Assembly: GCA_041651015.1 (NCBI GenBank)
Contig: JBAZKA010000006.1
Span: 1 to 62,457 of the forward strand
Length of the DNA stretch: 62,457 bases
Source: Patescibacteria group bacterium
Lineage (GTDB): Bacteria; Patescibacteriota; Patescibacteriia; Magasanikbacterales; GWA2-37-8
Direction: 5' to 3'
This document shows, one piece after another, positions 33,656 through 42,888 of this stretch (within the stretch, counting starts at the first letter, position 1; every line of letters begins with the position of its first letter). Both the position numbers and the translations under genes were made by a program. Under the pieces are notes generated by a model. The model ran no database searches and was not told the DNA's origin. It saw only the letters and a list, made by a program, of their open reading frames with translations.

Positions 33656-34558
33656 ATGGGTAAGTCGAACGAAGACAAACTGGGAATAAACACGTTGACG
33701 TTCCAAGAGATTAAGTTTCTCGCAAGTATGTTGGGCGGTGCCAGCAGAATACGCGAGATGATCCCGAGTTTTCACATCAACGGCGGTTGGGATGCGAAAC
33801 ACCCCGACATTACATATGGGCAGGTGGAAGCGCTCATCAACATGCTTGGCGGTGAGGAAAACGTTTTTGCTGTTTTGAACGGCCGTAAGATTGTGCAGAT
33901 CAAGGACACACCGAGCGGAAAAGTGGAACAAAAAATGAAGGGGGACTACTTTGCGTCCGTCGCTACGGACGAGAAAACTGTTACTCGTTTGGTGTCGAGT
34001 TGCGAGTACAATGTAAACGCGGCATCATACACTGTCGCAATGGGGCGCGCGTTGGCGGACGATCTCGACTACACCGGCCCGGTGTTCTGGCGGGTCAAGG
34101 TAGGCTTCACCTTGAAGTCGCACACCCCGCTCGCCGGTCCCTGCTACGAGAAGTTCGCATATCTGCAAGATTGGAATTTGCAGAACGACGAGTCCACGGC
34201 CGACTGCATGGTGTTCTTTATCCCGCGCATCATTGCGACGGGTAAGAATGCCGGGGAGCAGAAGCAGGCTCTCGTCGAGCTTCGCGCGAAGTACGGTCTG
34301 CCCACGAAATACTTGTCCTCGTTCGGCTCGGCGGCTCTCGTGTCCGGCCTCATCCTGGCGCACTTCAAGCGCACGGGCGAGCGCGCCCCGCTCAACACCA
34401 AGTGGGTGCGGACGGATACCCTCAGCTCGGACGGCGGCCGGCTCAACCTCGGCGGCTTTGACGGGATCGGGCTCCGCTGCTGCAGCGGCCACTGGGATGA
34501 CAACCGCGGCGGCAGCCTGGGCGTCTTCCCGCTGGGGGTGGTGAAAATCGCCGCCTGA
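33656..34558 (+). CDS. hypothetical protein, strongly GC-richer than its flanks
   Basis: GGGAGAACGAAG-ATG. Two MLGG-containing repeats near the N-terminus. Many shadow ORFs in other frames, typical of a high-GC insert. Confidence 0.6.
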   Translation: MGKSNEDKLGINTLTFQEIKFLASMLGGASRIREMIPSFHINGGWDAKHPDITYGQVEALINMLGGEENVFAVLNGRKIVQIKDTPSGKVEQKMKGDYFASVATDEKTVTRLVSSCEYNVNAASYTVAMGRALADDLDYTGPVFWRVKVGFTLKSHTPLAGPCYEKFAYLQDWNLQNDESTADCMVFFIPRIIATGKNAGEQKQALVELRAKYGLPTKYLSSFGSAALVSGLILAHFKRTGERAPLNTKWVRTDTLSSDGGRLNLGGFDGIGLRCCSGHWDDNRGGSLGVFPLGVVKIAA

Positions 34559-34733
34559 TTCTCAATTCGGTTTTCCATTGGCCTTGGCGCATCCGCGTCA
34601 TGGCCTTTTTTATTTTTTGTCACAAATACATTCGCTAAATCGTAATAAATACAGGACTTCACCAAGAGGGTTTTTTCTGATATACTTTGTGTACGATACA
34701 ACATTCTGTATTCTACATCCAAAATACAAAAAC

Positions 34734-36617
34734 ATGTCAAAATATAGCAAAATTTTATCATTATTTGCCATCATCACCGGTGTATTTTTCGCATCCACGG
34801 CCTCGGCCATCAGTTTTACCCCGCCGAAATTCAATGACACGGGTTATTTGGGTAGTTATGTCAGTGTGTCCGTGGCCGAGCCGATTGTAATGGAAGCGGG
34901 CACAACCAAAGAAATAATTGTCAAAATAAAAAATAAAGGAACGAAAACTTGGTATCCGACCGGGACGAATTATGTTTCCGCCTATACAGTCAATCCGAAT
35001 TACCGGTCTAGTGTTTTTTCCGGGACTGGGTGGCTCTCCAAAAATCAGGCGGCCAAAATTCTCACCACCACCAAGTCGGGCGAAACCGCGCAAATCAAAA
35101 TTAAATTGACCGCGCCAACCAAAATCGGAACTTATCGCGAAGATTTTTATTTGGCCGCGGAAAATAAAACTTGGATTAAATCCAGTTATTTTTATTTGGA
35201 TATCAAAGTTACGCCCGCGACTGCCAAGCCCACTGCGACCGCCACCACCACGGTGAGTGACGCATCCGGTAATTCCACTGAGGGAGTAAATGACACTGCT
35301 TCGGAAGTTTCCGCCGAATACAAAGCTAATCTGTTGGCATTTTCCGCGAGACAAGTATCCGCGGTGGGCGGTGGTATAATCAGCTTTACAGTTAGATACA
35401 AAAATATTGGCACCGAGACCTGGAAAAATTATTTATGGCAAGAATCAGGCAGTACAATTTCCGGCGACACGCAAATTGCCGGAGTGACTCGCGTGGCCTT
35501 GGCTGATTCCACCTGGTTGAACGAAAAAACTATTGTGTCAAAAACCCAAACAGTCGCGCCGGACGGCGTGACTGAAATCACTTTTAATTTCCGCGCGCCC
35601 AAGAGCCAAGGCGCGTACATCGCGCGTTTCCAACTTACGGCTGACAGCCATACGCTTGACGGCGGTACTTTGGAATTGCCGGTGACAGTCACGGCTGACG
35701 CGCCGATTGGTTATGTGGAACCGGTTTTTACCACGGCCGCGCGCGCTCTTATTACCGAACCGAAAATCAGAGTCGGACTTTATAAAAGCGAAGACGCGGT
35801 GAAATTTATTTCGCCGTTTGTGTATCAGGTTTGGAGCGGAGAAATTTTGAAAGGCGAATTGTTAACCAACGAGACTGCGACATTGAGTTATGATAGCGGG
35901 ACATATCAATTCAAAAGCGCGGAATTAAATTTTTCCGGTGAAGACAAAATTCGTTTGGTGCCGGTAAATCCCGACAGCTACTTTACCTTAACTAATTACA
36001 GCCGATTGGTTAGTTGGAAAGGCAATAAAAATTTTAATGCTTATCGTAATACTTTTGAATACGTTTATTCCAACAAGAGCGCGACCACTTGGGTGGTGAA
36101 TGAATTATTGTTGGATGAATACACAGCCGGTATCGCCGAGACCTCCAACGGCGCGGCCATGGAATATATCAAAGCCTTGCTCACAGCCGCGCGGTCGTAT
36201 GCGTATTATCATATGAACAACGGCGTGGCGGCGGACCAGCGCACTTATGATGTGGTGGCGACCACGGCCGACCAATTATATTTGGGTTATAATTCCGAAG
36301 TTTTGATGCCCCGCGTGGTGCAAGCGGCCCGCGCCACTTATGGCGAGATGGTGACTTACAAAAATACGCCGGTCATCACGCCATACTTTGGCCATTCGGA
36401 TGGAAGCACCCGCACTTGGAAATCAGTTTGGGGCGGGACAGACAAAGATTGGTTGAAGTCAGTCGCGTGTAAATACGACGAAGGCGAATCAATGTTTGGG
36501 CATGGCGTGGGTATGAGCGCGCAGGATGCTTCGCAACGCGCGGACAAAGACGGTTGGACTTATGATCAATTGTTGAAATATTATTATACGGGCGTGGATG
36601 TACAGAGGATATACTGA
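34734..36617 (+). CDS. secreted SpoIID/LytB-domain protein with N-terminal Ig-like repeats
   Basis: Signal peptide MSKYSKILSLFAIITGVFFASTASA. C-terminus ...LTAARSYAYYHM...TPYFGHSDGSTRTW...GHGVGMSAQDA.... Confidence 0.85.
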   Translation: MSKYSKILSLFAIITGVFFASTASAISFTPPKFNDTGYLGSYVSVSVAEPIVMEAGTTKEIIVKIKNKGTKTWYPTGTNYVSAYTVNPNYRSSVFSGTGWLSKNQAAKILTTTKSGETAQIKIKLTAPTKIGTYREDFYLAAENKTWIKSSYFYLDIKVTPATAKPTATATTTVSDASGNSTEGVNDTASEVSAEYKANLLAFSARQVSAVGGGIISFTVRYKNIGTETWKNYLWQESGSTISGDTQIAGVTRVALADSTWLNEKTIVSKTQTVAPDGVTEITFNFRAPKSQGAYIARFQLTADSHTLDGGTLELPVTVTADAPIGYVEPVFTTAARALITEPKIRVGLYKSEDAVKFISPFVYQVWSGEILKGELLTNETATLSYDSGTYQFKSAELNFSGEDKIRLVPVNPDSYFTLTNYSRLVSWKGNKNFNAYRNTFEYVYSNKSATTWVVNELLLDEYTAGIAETSNGAAMEYIKALLTAARSYAYYHMNNGVAADQRTYDVVATTADQLYLGYNSEVLMPRVVQAARATYGEMVTYKNTPVITPYFGHSDGSTRTWKSVWGGTDKDWLKSVACKYDEGESMFGHGVGMSAQDASQRADKDGWTYDQLLKYYYTGVDVQRIY

Positions 36618-36620
36618 TTT

Positions 36621-36660
36621 GTCATTGCGAGGAGCGAGGGACGAGCGACGCGGCAATCTA
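36621..36660. repeat. REP-like hairpin unit (GTCATTGC...GCAATC family)
   Basis: GTCATTGCGAGGAGCGAGGGACGAGCGACGCGGCAATCTA. Related units lie at 61948-62092. Confidence 0.55.
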
Positions 36661-36666
36661 TTTGAT

Positions 36667-36704
36667 TAAAAAATTCCGTCCGCCTATGCGGACGGAATTT
36701 TTTT
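36667..36704. terminator. bidirectional terminator
   Basis: AATTCCGTCCGC-CTAT-GCGGACGGAATT flanked by A/T runs. Confidence 0.75.
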
Positions 36705-36715
36705 GCGTTACCGTC

Positions 36716-36982
36716 TTATAATTTCTCCAGCATTTCCAATGTGGCTTTTACCGAAGAATTTTGACTGGGCAAAAGAAATAAATTATTTCCAAATTCATTT
36801 TTTATCGGTGTAATAAATTCGTCGGCCCAAGCAGGTGATAGTACATCAACACCCGCGAAATCTATCTTGATGATTTCGTTTGGCGTTTTCGGTAGGTGGT
36901 AAGCTCGGAAAACCAAATACGCTTCTCTGCCGGCAGGTCGAGAAGTCAAAATATTGCCAAACTTTTTTAGTTCAATTTTCAT
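36716..36982 (-). CDS. STAS-like domain protein (DUF4325-like)
   Basis: ILTSRPAGREAY...IKIDFAGVDVLSPAWADEFI. Confidence 0.6.
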   Translation of the reverse strand: MKIELKKFGNILTSRPAGREAYLVFRAYHLPKTPNEIIKIDFAGVDVLSPAWADEFITPIKNEFGNNLFLLPSQNSSVKATLEMLEKL

Positions 36983-37115
36983 AATGATGTTATTAATATT
37001 GAATTATACCAAAATAGTAGTGAAATAGTAAAATATGCTAATTTAACTTTAAAAATGTAATTATTTCATGAATTATTGGTTTATAGGATTGGCTTATTTT
37101 AGCCCAATTTTACTC

Positions 37116-37169
37116 TTGACAAAACCCTCATTTTGTGCTATTGACAAAGTGTCAATACTTTGTTATGAT
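37116..37169 (+). promoter_or_regulatory. two overlapping sigma-70-type promoters facing the 3' end of the NYN gene
   Basis: TTGACAAAACCCTCATTTTGTGCTATTGA and TTGACAAAGTGTCAATACTTTGTTATGAT. Confidence 0.4.
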
Positions 37170-37175
37170 ATAAAT

Positions 37176-37228
37176 ATCACTACGAAAAGAACCCCTACAA
37201 GGTATCGTCCTTGTCGGGGGTTTTTTCT
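37176..37228 (+). ncRNA. candidate short antisense or terminated RNA
   Basis: The promoters are followed within about 20 nt by CCCCTACAAGG-TATCGT-CCTTGTCGGGG plus T7. The hairpin overlaps the stop codon of the minus-strand NYN gene. Confidence 0.3.
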
Positions 37229-37719
37229 TTTAATTGCAAAATTGATTTTTGGTCATGGATGTAAGAAATCGGCGCGTTAGTTCGTTTGAGCAGGATAGAA
37301 CATTTTTTTACTTGTGCCGGAGATAATATTATTTTAAGTTTACTTTTTCCGAGCAAAAATTTAATCATGCCGGCATAATCGCCGTCACTGGATACAATGA
37401 TTGCTTGATCAAAAATATTTTCGTAAGCGTCTTGTGTCACTTTCAAGACCAAATCGGCATCGCAGTTCCCTTTGGCTTTACCGTCGCTGTCGTAAACGAC
37501 TTCTTTAAAAATTAATGTAAACCCGGCCTCTTGCAGGTTGGTATAAATATCTTTATGTTTTGGAATTAATCCGATAAATATGTAAGCGGTAGTGACGGAA
37601 TATTTTTCCCGCAACCAAACTCTGAATCTTTTATAATTCATTTTCCAGCCCAACCCTGTTATGCCTTTATGCAAATTCGCTCCGTCAATGTATGCGTGGT
37701 TGTTAAATTTATTTATCAT
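37195..37719 (-). CDS. NYN/LabA-like (PIN-related) ribonuclease-domain protein
   Basis: AYIDGANLHKG...CDADLVLKV...AIIVSSDGDYAGMIKFL. Confidence 0.8.
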   Translation of the reverse strand: MINKFNNHAYIDGANLHKGITGLGWKMNYKRFRVWLREKYSVTTAYIFIGLIPKHKDIYTNLQEAGFTLIFKEVVYDSDGKAKGNCDADLVLKVTQDAYENIFDQAIIVSSDGDYAGMIKFLLGKSKLKIILSPAQVKKCSILLKRTNAPISYIHDQKSILQLKEKTPDKDDTL

Positions 37720-37736
37720 AGCCCTCCTTAATAATT

Positions 37737-38273
37737 TTATTTCGCATGATACTTCCGATCCTCCTCAGCCAAGTCCATCAGTTCTATACGCAAGTGATGC
37801 GGGTCTTTGATATTGTGCACGATAAACTTCGGCACACTGCCCGCGGTTTGAATAGTCATGTCGCCATAATTAAATAAAGTCGCAAACACGCCTTTGATTT
37901 CGGAAGTGACGTCTTGGATTTGATACAAATCCACCTCGGCAACTGTGCGCGAAAACAAACCATTCTGCTCCATATCCACTAAGCGGTCGTTGGTGACGAC
38001 GAGCAAATCCAAATAAAAATCCACAAAATTTGTAAAAAAGAAAATAAGCGCGCCAATGTAATAAATACTGCCGAGCAAAATTAGCGCAGTAAAAATTGCT
38101 TCGTTCGCGAGCCAAGTGGACAGTTGCGTCTTGATTAGAAAACCAATCGCGATTGGTAAAATTAATAGCACGGCAAAGAAAAGCGCAGTCGGTAAAAATG
38201 TAAAAGGATGCCGGCGAAGTTTATGCAAAACTTTTTCGTAATCCTTGGCGTGGATAAAAGATTCAATACTCAT
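37737..38273 (-). CDS. membrane protein with a bacterial PH (bPH_2/YdbS-like) domain
   Basis: Two N-terminal TM helices followed by a PH-like soluble domain pattern. Confidence 0.5.
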   Translation of the reverse strand: MSIESFIHAKDYEKVLHKLRRHPFTFLPTALFFAVLLILPIAIGFLIKTQLSTWLANEAIFTALILLGSIYYIGALIFFFTNFVDFYLDLLVVTNDRLVDMEQNGLFSRTVAEVDLYQIQDVTSEIKGVFATLFNYGDMTIQTAGSVPKFIVHNIKDPHHLRIELMDLAEEDRKYHAK

Positions 38274-38279
38274 ATAGAT

Positions 38280-38552
38280 TTAATAAATTTGATTGTTTGA
38301 AACAATTCCTCCAAACCATTCTTTGTTAAAAATTGTCAGGCCTTGCGTCCAATCCATATTTTGTAAGATATACCAAGTAAACCAAAGCACAGCCAAGGAC
38401 GCGAGCAAAATAAACATGGTCATAATAAAACTGCCAAACGTGATGGAGCCGGTGGCGACGATATGGCCGACGTTTACCAAGAAGAAAAAGACAAAAAATA
38501 GAAATAGTATCGCGTAGATGATGAGAAATGAATACAGAGGGATGGTGAGCAT
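38280..38552 (-). CDS. small three-helix membrane protein
   Basis: Hydrophobic 90-aa ORF, tightly spaced within the operon. Confidence 0.5.
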   Translation of the reverse strand: MLTIPLYSFLIIYAILFLFFVFFFLVNVGHIVATGSITFGSFIMTMFILLASLAVLWFTWYILQNMDWTQGLTIFNKEWFGGIVSNNQIY

Positions 38553-38557
38553 AGAAA

Positions 38558-39595
38558 TTAAAATAATGAATCTATTTTTGGCGCGTCAAATCCCAAATGT
38601 TTGTAAGCCAGGGGCGTGGCCTTGCGTCCGCGCGGGGTGCGTTCCAAGAATCCGGTTTGCAAGAGATACGGCTCAAGTACATCTTCTATTGTGTCAATTT
38701 CCTCGGCAATGGAAGCGGCAATTGTGCCCAGTCCGACCGGTCCGCCGTTGAATTTTTCAATCAAGGCTGTCAGCATCCGTCTGTCCGTATCATCCAGCCC
38801 ATGTTCGTCAATCGCCAATAAATTCAAAGCGGCTTTGGCCGCGATAATATCAATTTTTCCATTGCAATGAACTTCTGCATAATCGCGGACGCGTTTCAGC
38901 AGGCGATTAGCCACTCTCGGCGTCCGGCGGGCGCGCTCGGCAATGACGGCCGTTGATTCAGGGTCTATTTCCACGCCCAAAATTTGCGCGTTGCGGGTCA
39001 GGATTTTTTCAATGTCGCCTTGTTCATAAAAACTCAAATGAAAACTGTGGCCAAAGCGATCTCTCAACGGCCCGGATATCATACTCATCTTGGTGGTGGC
39101 GCCGATCAGAGTAAAACGATTGAGAGGCATACGAATAGTCCGGGCAGCCGGACCCGAACCAATGATAATATCCAGTGAATAATCTTCCATGGCCGGATAA
39201 AGCACTTCTTCAATGGTTTTGTTGAGCCGATGAATTTCATCAATGAACAAAACATCGCCGGTTTCCAAATTGGAAAGTATGGCCGCGAGGTCGCCGACTT
39301 TTTCCAAGGTCGGGCCGGACGTCACTTTGACATTGGCGTTCATTTCGCGGGCGATAATGTGGGCGAGTGTGGTCTTGCCCAAGCCCGGATTGCCATAAAG
39401 CAAAATATGTTCCAACGGTTCCTCGCGTTTTTTGGCCGCTTGGATGGAAATGGTCAGATTTTGTTTGATTTGTTCTTGACCGACAAAATCACCGAGCTCT
39501 TTTGGGCGCAAAGTGTTTTCCAAAACGACTTCTTCATCGCGCGGGTCGGGCGCGACCGCGCGGTCGTCGGTTAATTGTTCAAATTCTTCTTCCAT
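38558..39595 (-). CDS. ruvB: Holliday junction branch migration helicase RuvB
   Basis: [42 protein letters not shown]. Confidence 0.95.
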   Translation of the reverse strand: MEEEFEQLTDDRAVAPDPRDEEVVLENTLRPKELGDFVGQEQIKQNLTISIQAAKKREEPLEHILLYGNPGLGKTTLAHIIAREMNANVKVTSGPTLEKVGDLAAILSNLETGDVLFIDEIHRLNKTIEEVLYPAMEDYSLDIIIGSGPAARTIRMPLNRFTLIGATTKMSMISGPLRDRFGHSFHLSFYEQGDIEKILTRNAQILGVEIDPESTAVIAERARRTPRVANRLLKRVRDYAEVHCNGKIDIIAAKAALNLLAIDEHGLDDTDRRMLTALIEKFNGGPVGLGTIAASIAEEIDTIEDVLEPYLLQTGFLERTPRGRKATPLAYKHLGFDAPKIDSLF

Positions 39596-39647
39596 AGTGA
39601 ACTTATGTTAGCATTTTGAAAGGAAAATGTCTATTATTAGTCTATAA

Positions 39648-39723
39648 AGTTAAAAAGTTATAAAGTTCATAAAGTTATAGTGGTGGCGACTTTTAACTTT
39701 ACAAACTTTATAACTTTTTAACT
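39648..39723. repeat. large imperfect palindrome built from TAAAGTT 9-mers (30-nt arms, 16-nt loop)
   Basis: AGTTAAAAAGTTATAAAGTTCATAAAGTTA against the reverse complement AGTTAAAAAGTTATAAAGTTTGTAAAGTTA (2 mismatches). Confidence 0.7.
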
Positions 39724-39831
39724 GGCGCGAAGCGCCTGCTGTGGATAAGTCCGCGCATTTTTCATTTTCCCTTGCAAAATCACCATTTGGCGCGATTTAC
39801 AAAAAAGTGTTATAATGAATTCGGTCAAGAA

Positions 39832-39879
39832 ATACAAGATGTTGTGTTCCGCGAAACGTTTAAACACAATATATAGGGT
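39832..39879 (+). promoter_or_regulatory. two NrdR boxes upstream of nrdD
   Basis: ATACAAGATGTTGTGT and ACACAATATATAGGGT compared with the consensus acaCwAtATaTwGtgt. Centres are 32 bp apart. They lie just downstream of the GTGTTATAAT extended -10. Confidence 0.65.
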
Positions 39880-39958
39880 GGGGAAAAAACCCGAAAAATG
39901 GCCAAAAAATCCTTAAAAACAAAATATTTTAAATATTGTTTCTAATTTTGAACTTCTT

Positions 39959-42070
39959 ATGTTCAAGAAAATAAAAAAGCGCGACGGACGCTTGGAAGAT
40001 TTTGACGCCAAGAAAATAATCAAAGCCATCACCAAGGCCGGCGAGGCCACCGGTGAGTTTGGCGAGAAAGAAGCCGAGCGTTTGGCCGCCAGAGCATTGG
40101 CCATGGCCGGTGATCTTTTGAATGAAGAAGCTCCGACCGTGGAACAGTTGCAAGATATTGTGGAAGAGGCTTTGCTTTCTTCGTCATACAAAAAAACGGC
40201 CAAGGCTTACATCATTTACCGCGACCAGCATAATCAATTGCGCGAATTGAACAACAAAGCCAGCGTCACTTTGGTGGACCAATATTTGGATCAATTAGAT
40301 TGGCAGGTCAACGAAAATTCCAACATGACTTTTTCGTTGCAAGGCCTCAACAATTATATTTCATCCGAAATCAGCAAGGTCTATTGGTTGAACAAAATTT
40401 ACCCCAAGGAAATAAAAGAAGCGTATTTATCCGGTGATTTTCATTTGCATGATTTAAACATTTTGTCCGTGTATTGCGTGGGTTGGGATTTGCATGATTT
40501 GCTAATGGAAGGATTCCGCGGTGTGCCGGGGAAGATTGAGTGCAAACCGCCGAAACATTTGCGCAGCGCCTTGGGTCAAGTGGTGAATTTTTTCTACACT
40601 TTGCAAGGCGAAGCAGCAGGCGCGCAAGCCTTTTCCAATTTTGATACTTTGCTCGCGCCATTCATCCGTTATGATGGGTTGGATTACGAAGGCACCAAGC
40701 AGGCCTTGCAGGAATTTATGTTCAACATGAATGTGCCGACTCGCGTTGGCTTTCAGACGCCGTTTACGAATGTCACCTTGGACATGGAAGTGCCGAGTTA
40801 TTACAAAGATCAACCGGTCATCTCCGGCGGAAAACCGCAAAAAGAAACTTACGGCGAATTTCAAACCGAGATGGACATGTTTAACAAAGCATTTTTTGAA
40901 GTGATGATGAACGGAGACGCTAAAGGCCGCGTCTTTACATTCCCGATTCCGACCTACAACATTACCAAGGGATTTAATTGGGACAACCCTCGCGTTCAGC
41001 CGTTGTGGGAAATAACGGCCAAATACGGCATTCCGTATTTTTCCAACTTTGTTAATTCAGACATGAGTCCCGAAGACGCGCGTTCCATGTGTTGCCGTCT
41101 GCGCATTGACAATCGCCAATTGGAAAAACGCGGCGGCGGTTTGTTTGGCGCCAATCCTTTGACCGGTTCCATTGGAGTAGTGACTTTAAATCTGCCACGC
41201 CTTGGCTACACTTCAAAAACCGAAGAAGAGTTTTTGGAAAAACTTTCCAAACTCATGAATTTGGCCAAGGAAAGTTTGGAAATCAAACGCAAGGTTTTGG
41301 AAAATTTCACCGAGAAAAATCTTTATCCGTATTCCAAATATTATTTGCGCAACATGAAAGAACGCCATGGCGTGTATTGGAAAAATCATTTTAACACCAT
41401 CGGCATCCTCGGCATGAATGAAGCGATTATAAATTTAATGGATGGTGAAAACATTGCCACGGAAAAAGGCCGGGCTTTTGCCGAACGGGTCTTGAATTAT
41501 ATGCGCGATAAAATGGTGGAATTCCAACAAGAAACCGGCAATAACTTCAATTTGGAAGCCACGCCGGCCGAAGGCACGTCGTATCGTTTGGCCCAAAAAG
41601 ACAAAGAAAAATATCCGGAAATCGTCGTGGCCAATGAGGATCTATACAAGAGCGCCAAAGCCGACCCGTTCTATACCAATTCCACGCATCTGCCGGTCAA
41701 TTATACGGATGATATTTTTGAAGCCTTGGATTTGCAGGACCCTCTGCAAACCAAATACACCGGCGGTACGGTCATGCATTTGTTTGTCGGTGAAAAAATT
41801 ACCGACCCATCCGCGGTAAAAAATATGGTCAAGAAAATTTGCGAAACATATCATTTGCCGTATTTCACAATTTCGCCGACCTTTAGCGTTTGCCCGACTC
41901 ACGGCTACATCGCCGGCGAGCATTATAAATGTCCGGAGTGCGAGGCCAAATGTGAAGTTTATTCCCGCGTAGTCGGCTATCTGCGTCCGGTGGACCAGTG
42001 GAACAAGGGCAAGCGCGCCGAATTCCAAATGCGTAAAACATACAAAACCGTAATGCCGCTTGACGTATGA
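39959..42070 (+). CDS. nrdD: anaerobic (class III) ribonucleoside-triphosphate reductase
   Basis: N-terminal ATP-cone (KIKKRDGRLEDFDAKKIIKAI). C-terminal Zn ribbon CPECEAKC and glycyl-radical region SRVVGYLRP. Confidence 0.95.
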   Translation: MFKKIKKRDGRLEDFDAKKIIKAITKAGEATGEFGEKEAERLAARALAMAGDLLNEEAPTVEQLQDIVEEALLSSSYKKTAKAYIIYRDQHNQLRELNNKASVTLVDQYLDQLDWQVNENSNMTFSLQGLNNYISSEISKVYWLNKIYPKEIKEAYLSGDFHLHDLNILSVYCVGWDLHDLLMEGFRGVPGKIECKPPKHLRSALGQVVNFFYTLQGEAAGAQAFSNFDTLLAPFIRYDGLDYEGTKQALQEFMFNMNVPTRVGFQTPFTNVTLDMEVPSYYKDQPVISGGKPQKETYGEFQTEMDMFNKAFFEVMMNGDAKGRVFTFPIPTYNITKGFNWDNPRVQPLWEITAKYGIPYFSNFVNSDMSPEDARSMCCRLRIDNRQLEKRGGGLFGANPLTGSIGVVTLNLPRLGYTSKTEEEFLEKLSKLMNLAKESLEIKRKVLENFTEKNLYPYSKYYLRNMKERHGVYWKNHFNTIGILGMNEAIINLMDGENIATEKGRAFAERVLNYMRDKMVEFQQETGNNFNLEATPAEGTSYRLAQKDKEKYPEIVVANEDLYKSAKADPFYTNSTHLPVNYTDDIFEALDLQDPLQTKYTGGTVMHLFVGEKITDPSAVKNMVKKICETYHLPYFTISPTFSVCPTHGYIAGEHYKCPECEAKCEVYSRVVGYLRPVDQWNKGKRAEFQMRKTYKTVMPLDV

Positions 42071-42759
42071 TCTTCGGTGGGTGGCAAAAATTTTCCATGA
42101 TAGATTTTCCGGCGCGGACTTCAGCCATTCTCTTTACCCAAGGCTGTCCGTTCCGCTGTCCGTTCTGTCATAATCCCGAATTGCTCAATGCCGCGCAAGG
42201 CATGTTCGCGCCAATCACCGAAGAAGAAATTTTGGAATTTTTACAAACGCGCCGAGGCAAGCTGGACGGCGTGGTCATCACCGGCGGTGAGCCGACTTTG
42301 CATCATGATTTGATTGACTTCATCCGCCGGCTCAAAGAAATGGAATTCGCGGTGAAACTGGATACCAATGGTAGTAATCCGGAAATGTTGGAGCGGATTA
42401 TCAGGAATGATTTGTTGGATTATATTGCCATGGATTACAAAGCGCCTTTGGAGAAATACCAAACGCATACCAATTCATCAATCATGTCCGAGCATATTCG
42501 TGAAAGCGCGAGGATGATAAAAGAATCGGGCGTTGATTACGAATTTAGAACGACTGTGGTGCGCGAGCAATTATCACCCGAAGACATAATGCAGATCGGC
42601 CAAGAAATTCAAGGCGCAAAAAAATACGTCTTGCAAAAATTCTTGCCGGGCAAAACATTGAACCCGGATTATGCGAATATGACCACCTATGAAGACCATG
42701 AGTTTGAACAATTTTGTTTGCAATTAAAACCGTTTGTCGCGCAGTGCCTGTGGCGATAA
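42067..42759 (+). CDS. nrdG: anaerobic RNR activating radical-SAM enzyme
   Basis: GCPFRCPFCHNPEL cluster motif. 4-nt overlap with nrdD. Confidence 0.9.
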   Translation: MIFGGWQKFSMIDFPARTSAILFTQGCPFRCPFCHNPELLNAAQGMFAPITEEEILEFLQTRRGKLDGVVITGGEPTLHHDLIDFIRRLKEMEFAVKLDTNGSNPEMLERIIRNDLLDYIAMDYKAPLEKYQTHTNSSIMSEHIRESARMIKESGVDYEFRTTVVREQLSPEDIMQIGQEIQGAKKYVLQKFLPGKTLNPDYANMTTYEDHEFEQFCLQLKPFVAQCLWR

Positions 42760-42764
42760 ATGAG

Positions 42765-42802
42765 TTTATAAAGTTAGTAAAGTTTGTAAAGTTCATAAAG
42801 TC
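42765..42802. repeat. tandem TAAAGTT 9-mer repeat (4 units)
   Basis: TTTATAAAGTTAGTAAAGTTTGTAAAGTTCATAAAGTC. Confidence 0.6.
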
Positions 42803-42833
42803 TCTCGGCCTCGGGCTGAGGGATTTTATGTAT

Positions 42834-42866
42834 AAAAAAAGAGGGGCCGGTTTTATCCGGCTCCTC
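42834..42866 (-). terminator. rho-independent terminator for the NUDIX gene
   Basis: Minus strand: GAGGAGCCGG-ATAAAA-CCGGCCCCTC followed by T7. Confidence 0.6.
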
Positions 42867-42888
42867 GGATGAAAAGCGTCGCTGGCTT

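Noticed and set aside
34000-34761. ORFs 34000-34245, 34233-34544 (+), 34025-34492 and 34144-34761 (-)
   Set aside because: These are Arg/Ala/Pro-rich shadow ORFs over the GC-rich gene 33656-34558. None has a start context.
39640-39725. CRISPR array interpretation of the TAAAGTT and REP-like repeats (also at 42765, 48708, 36621 and 61948)
   Set aside because: The units are 9 nt or single hairpins. They have no unique spacers of regular length, at most 3-4 units per site, and no cas genes in the window.
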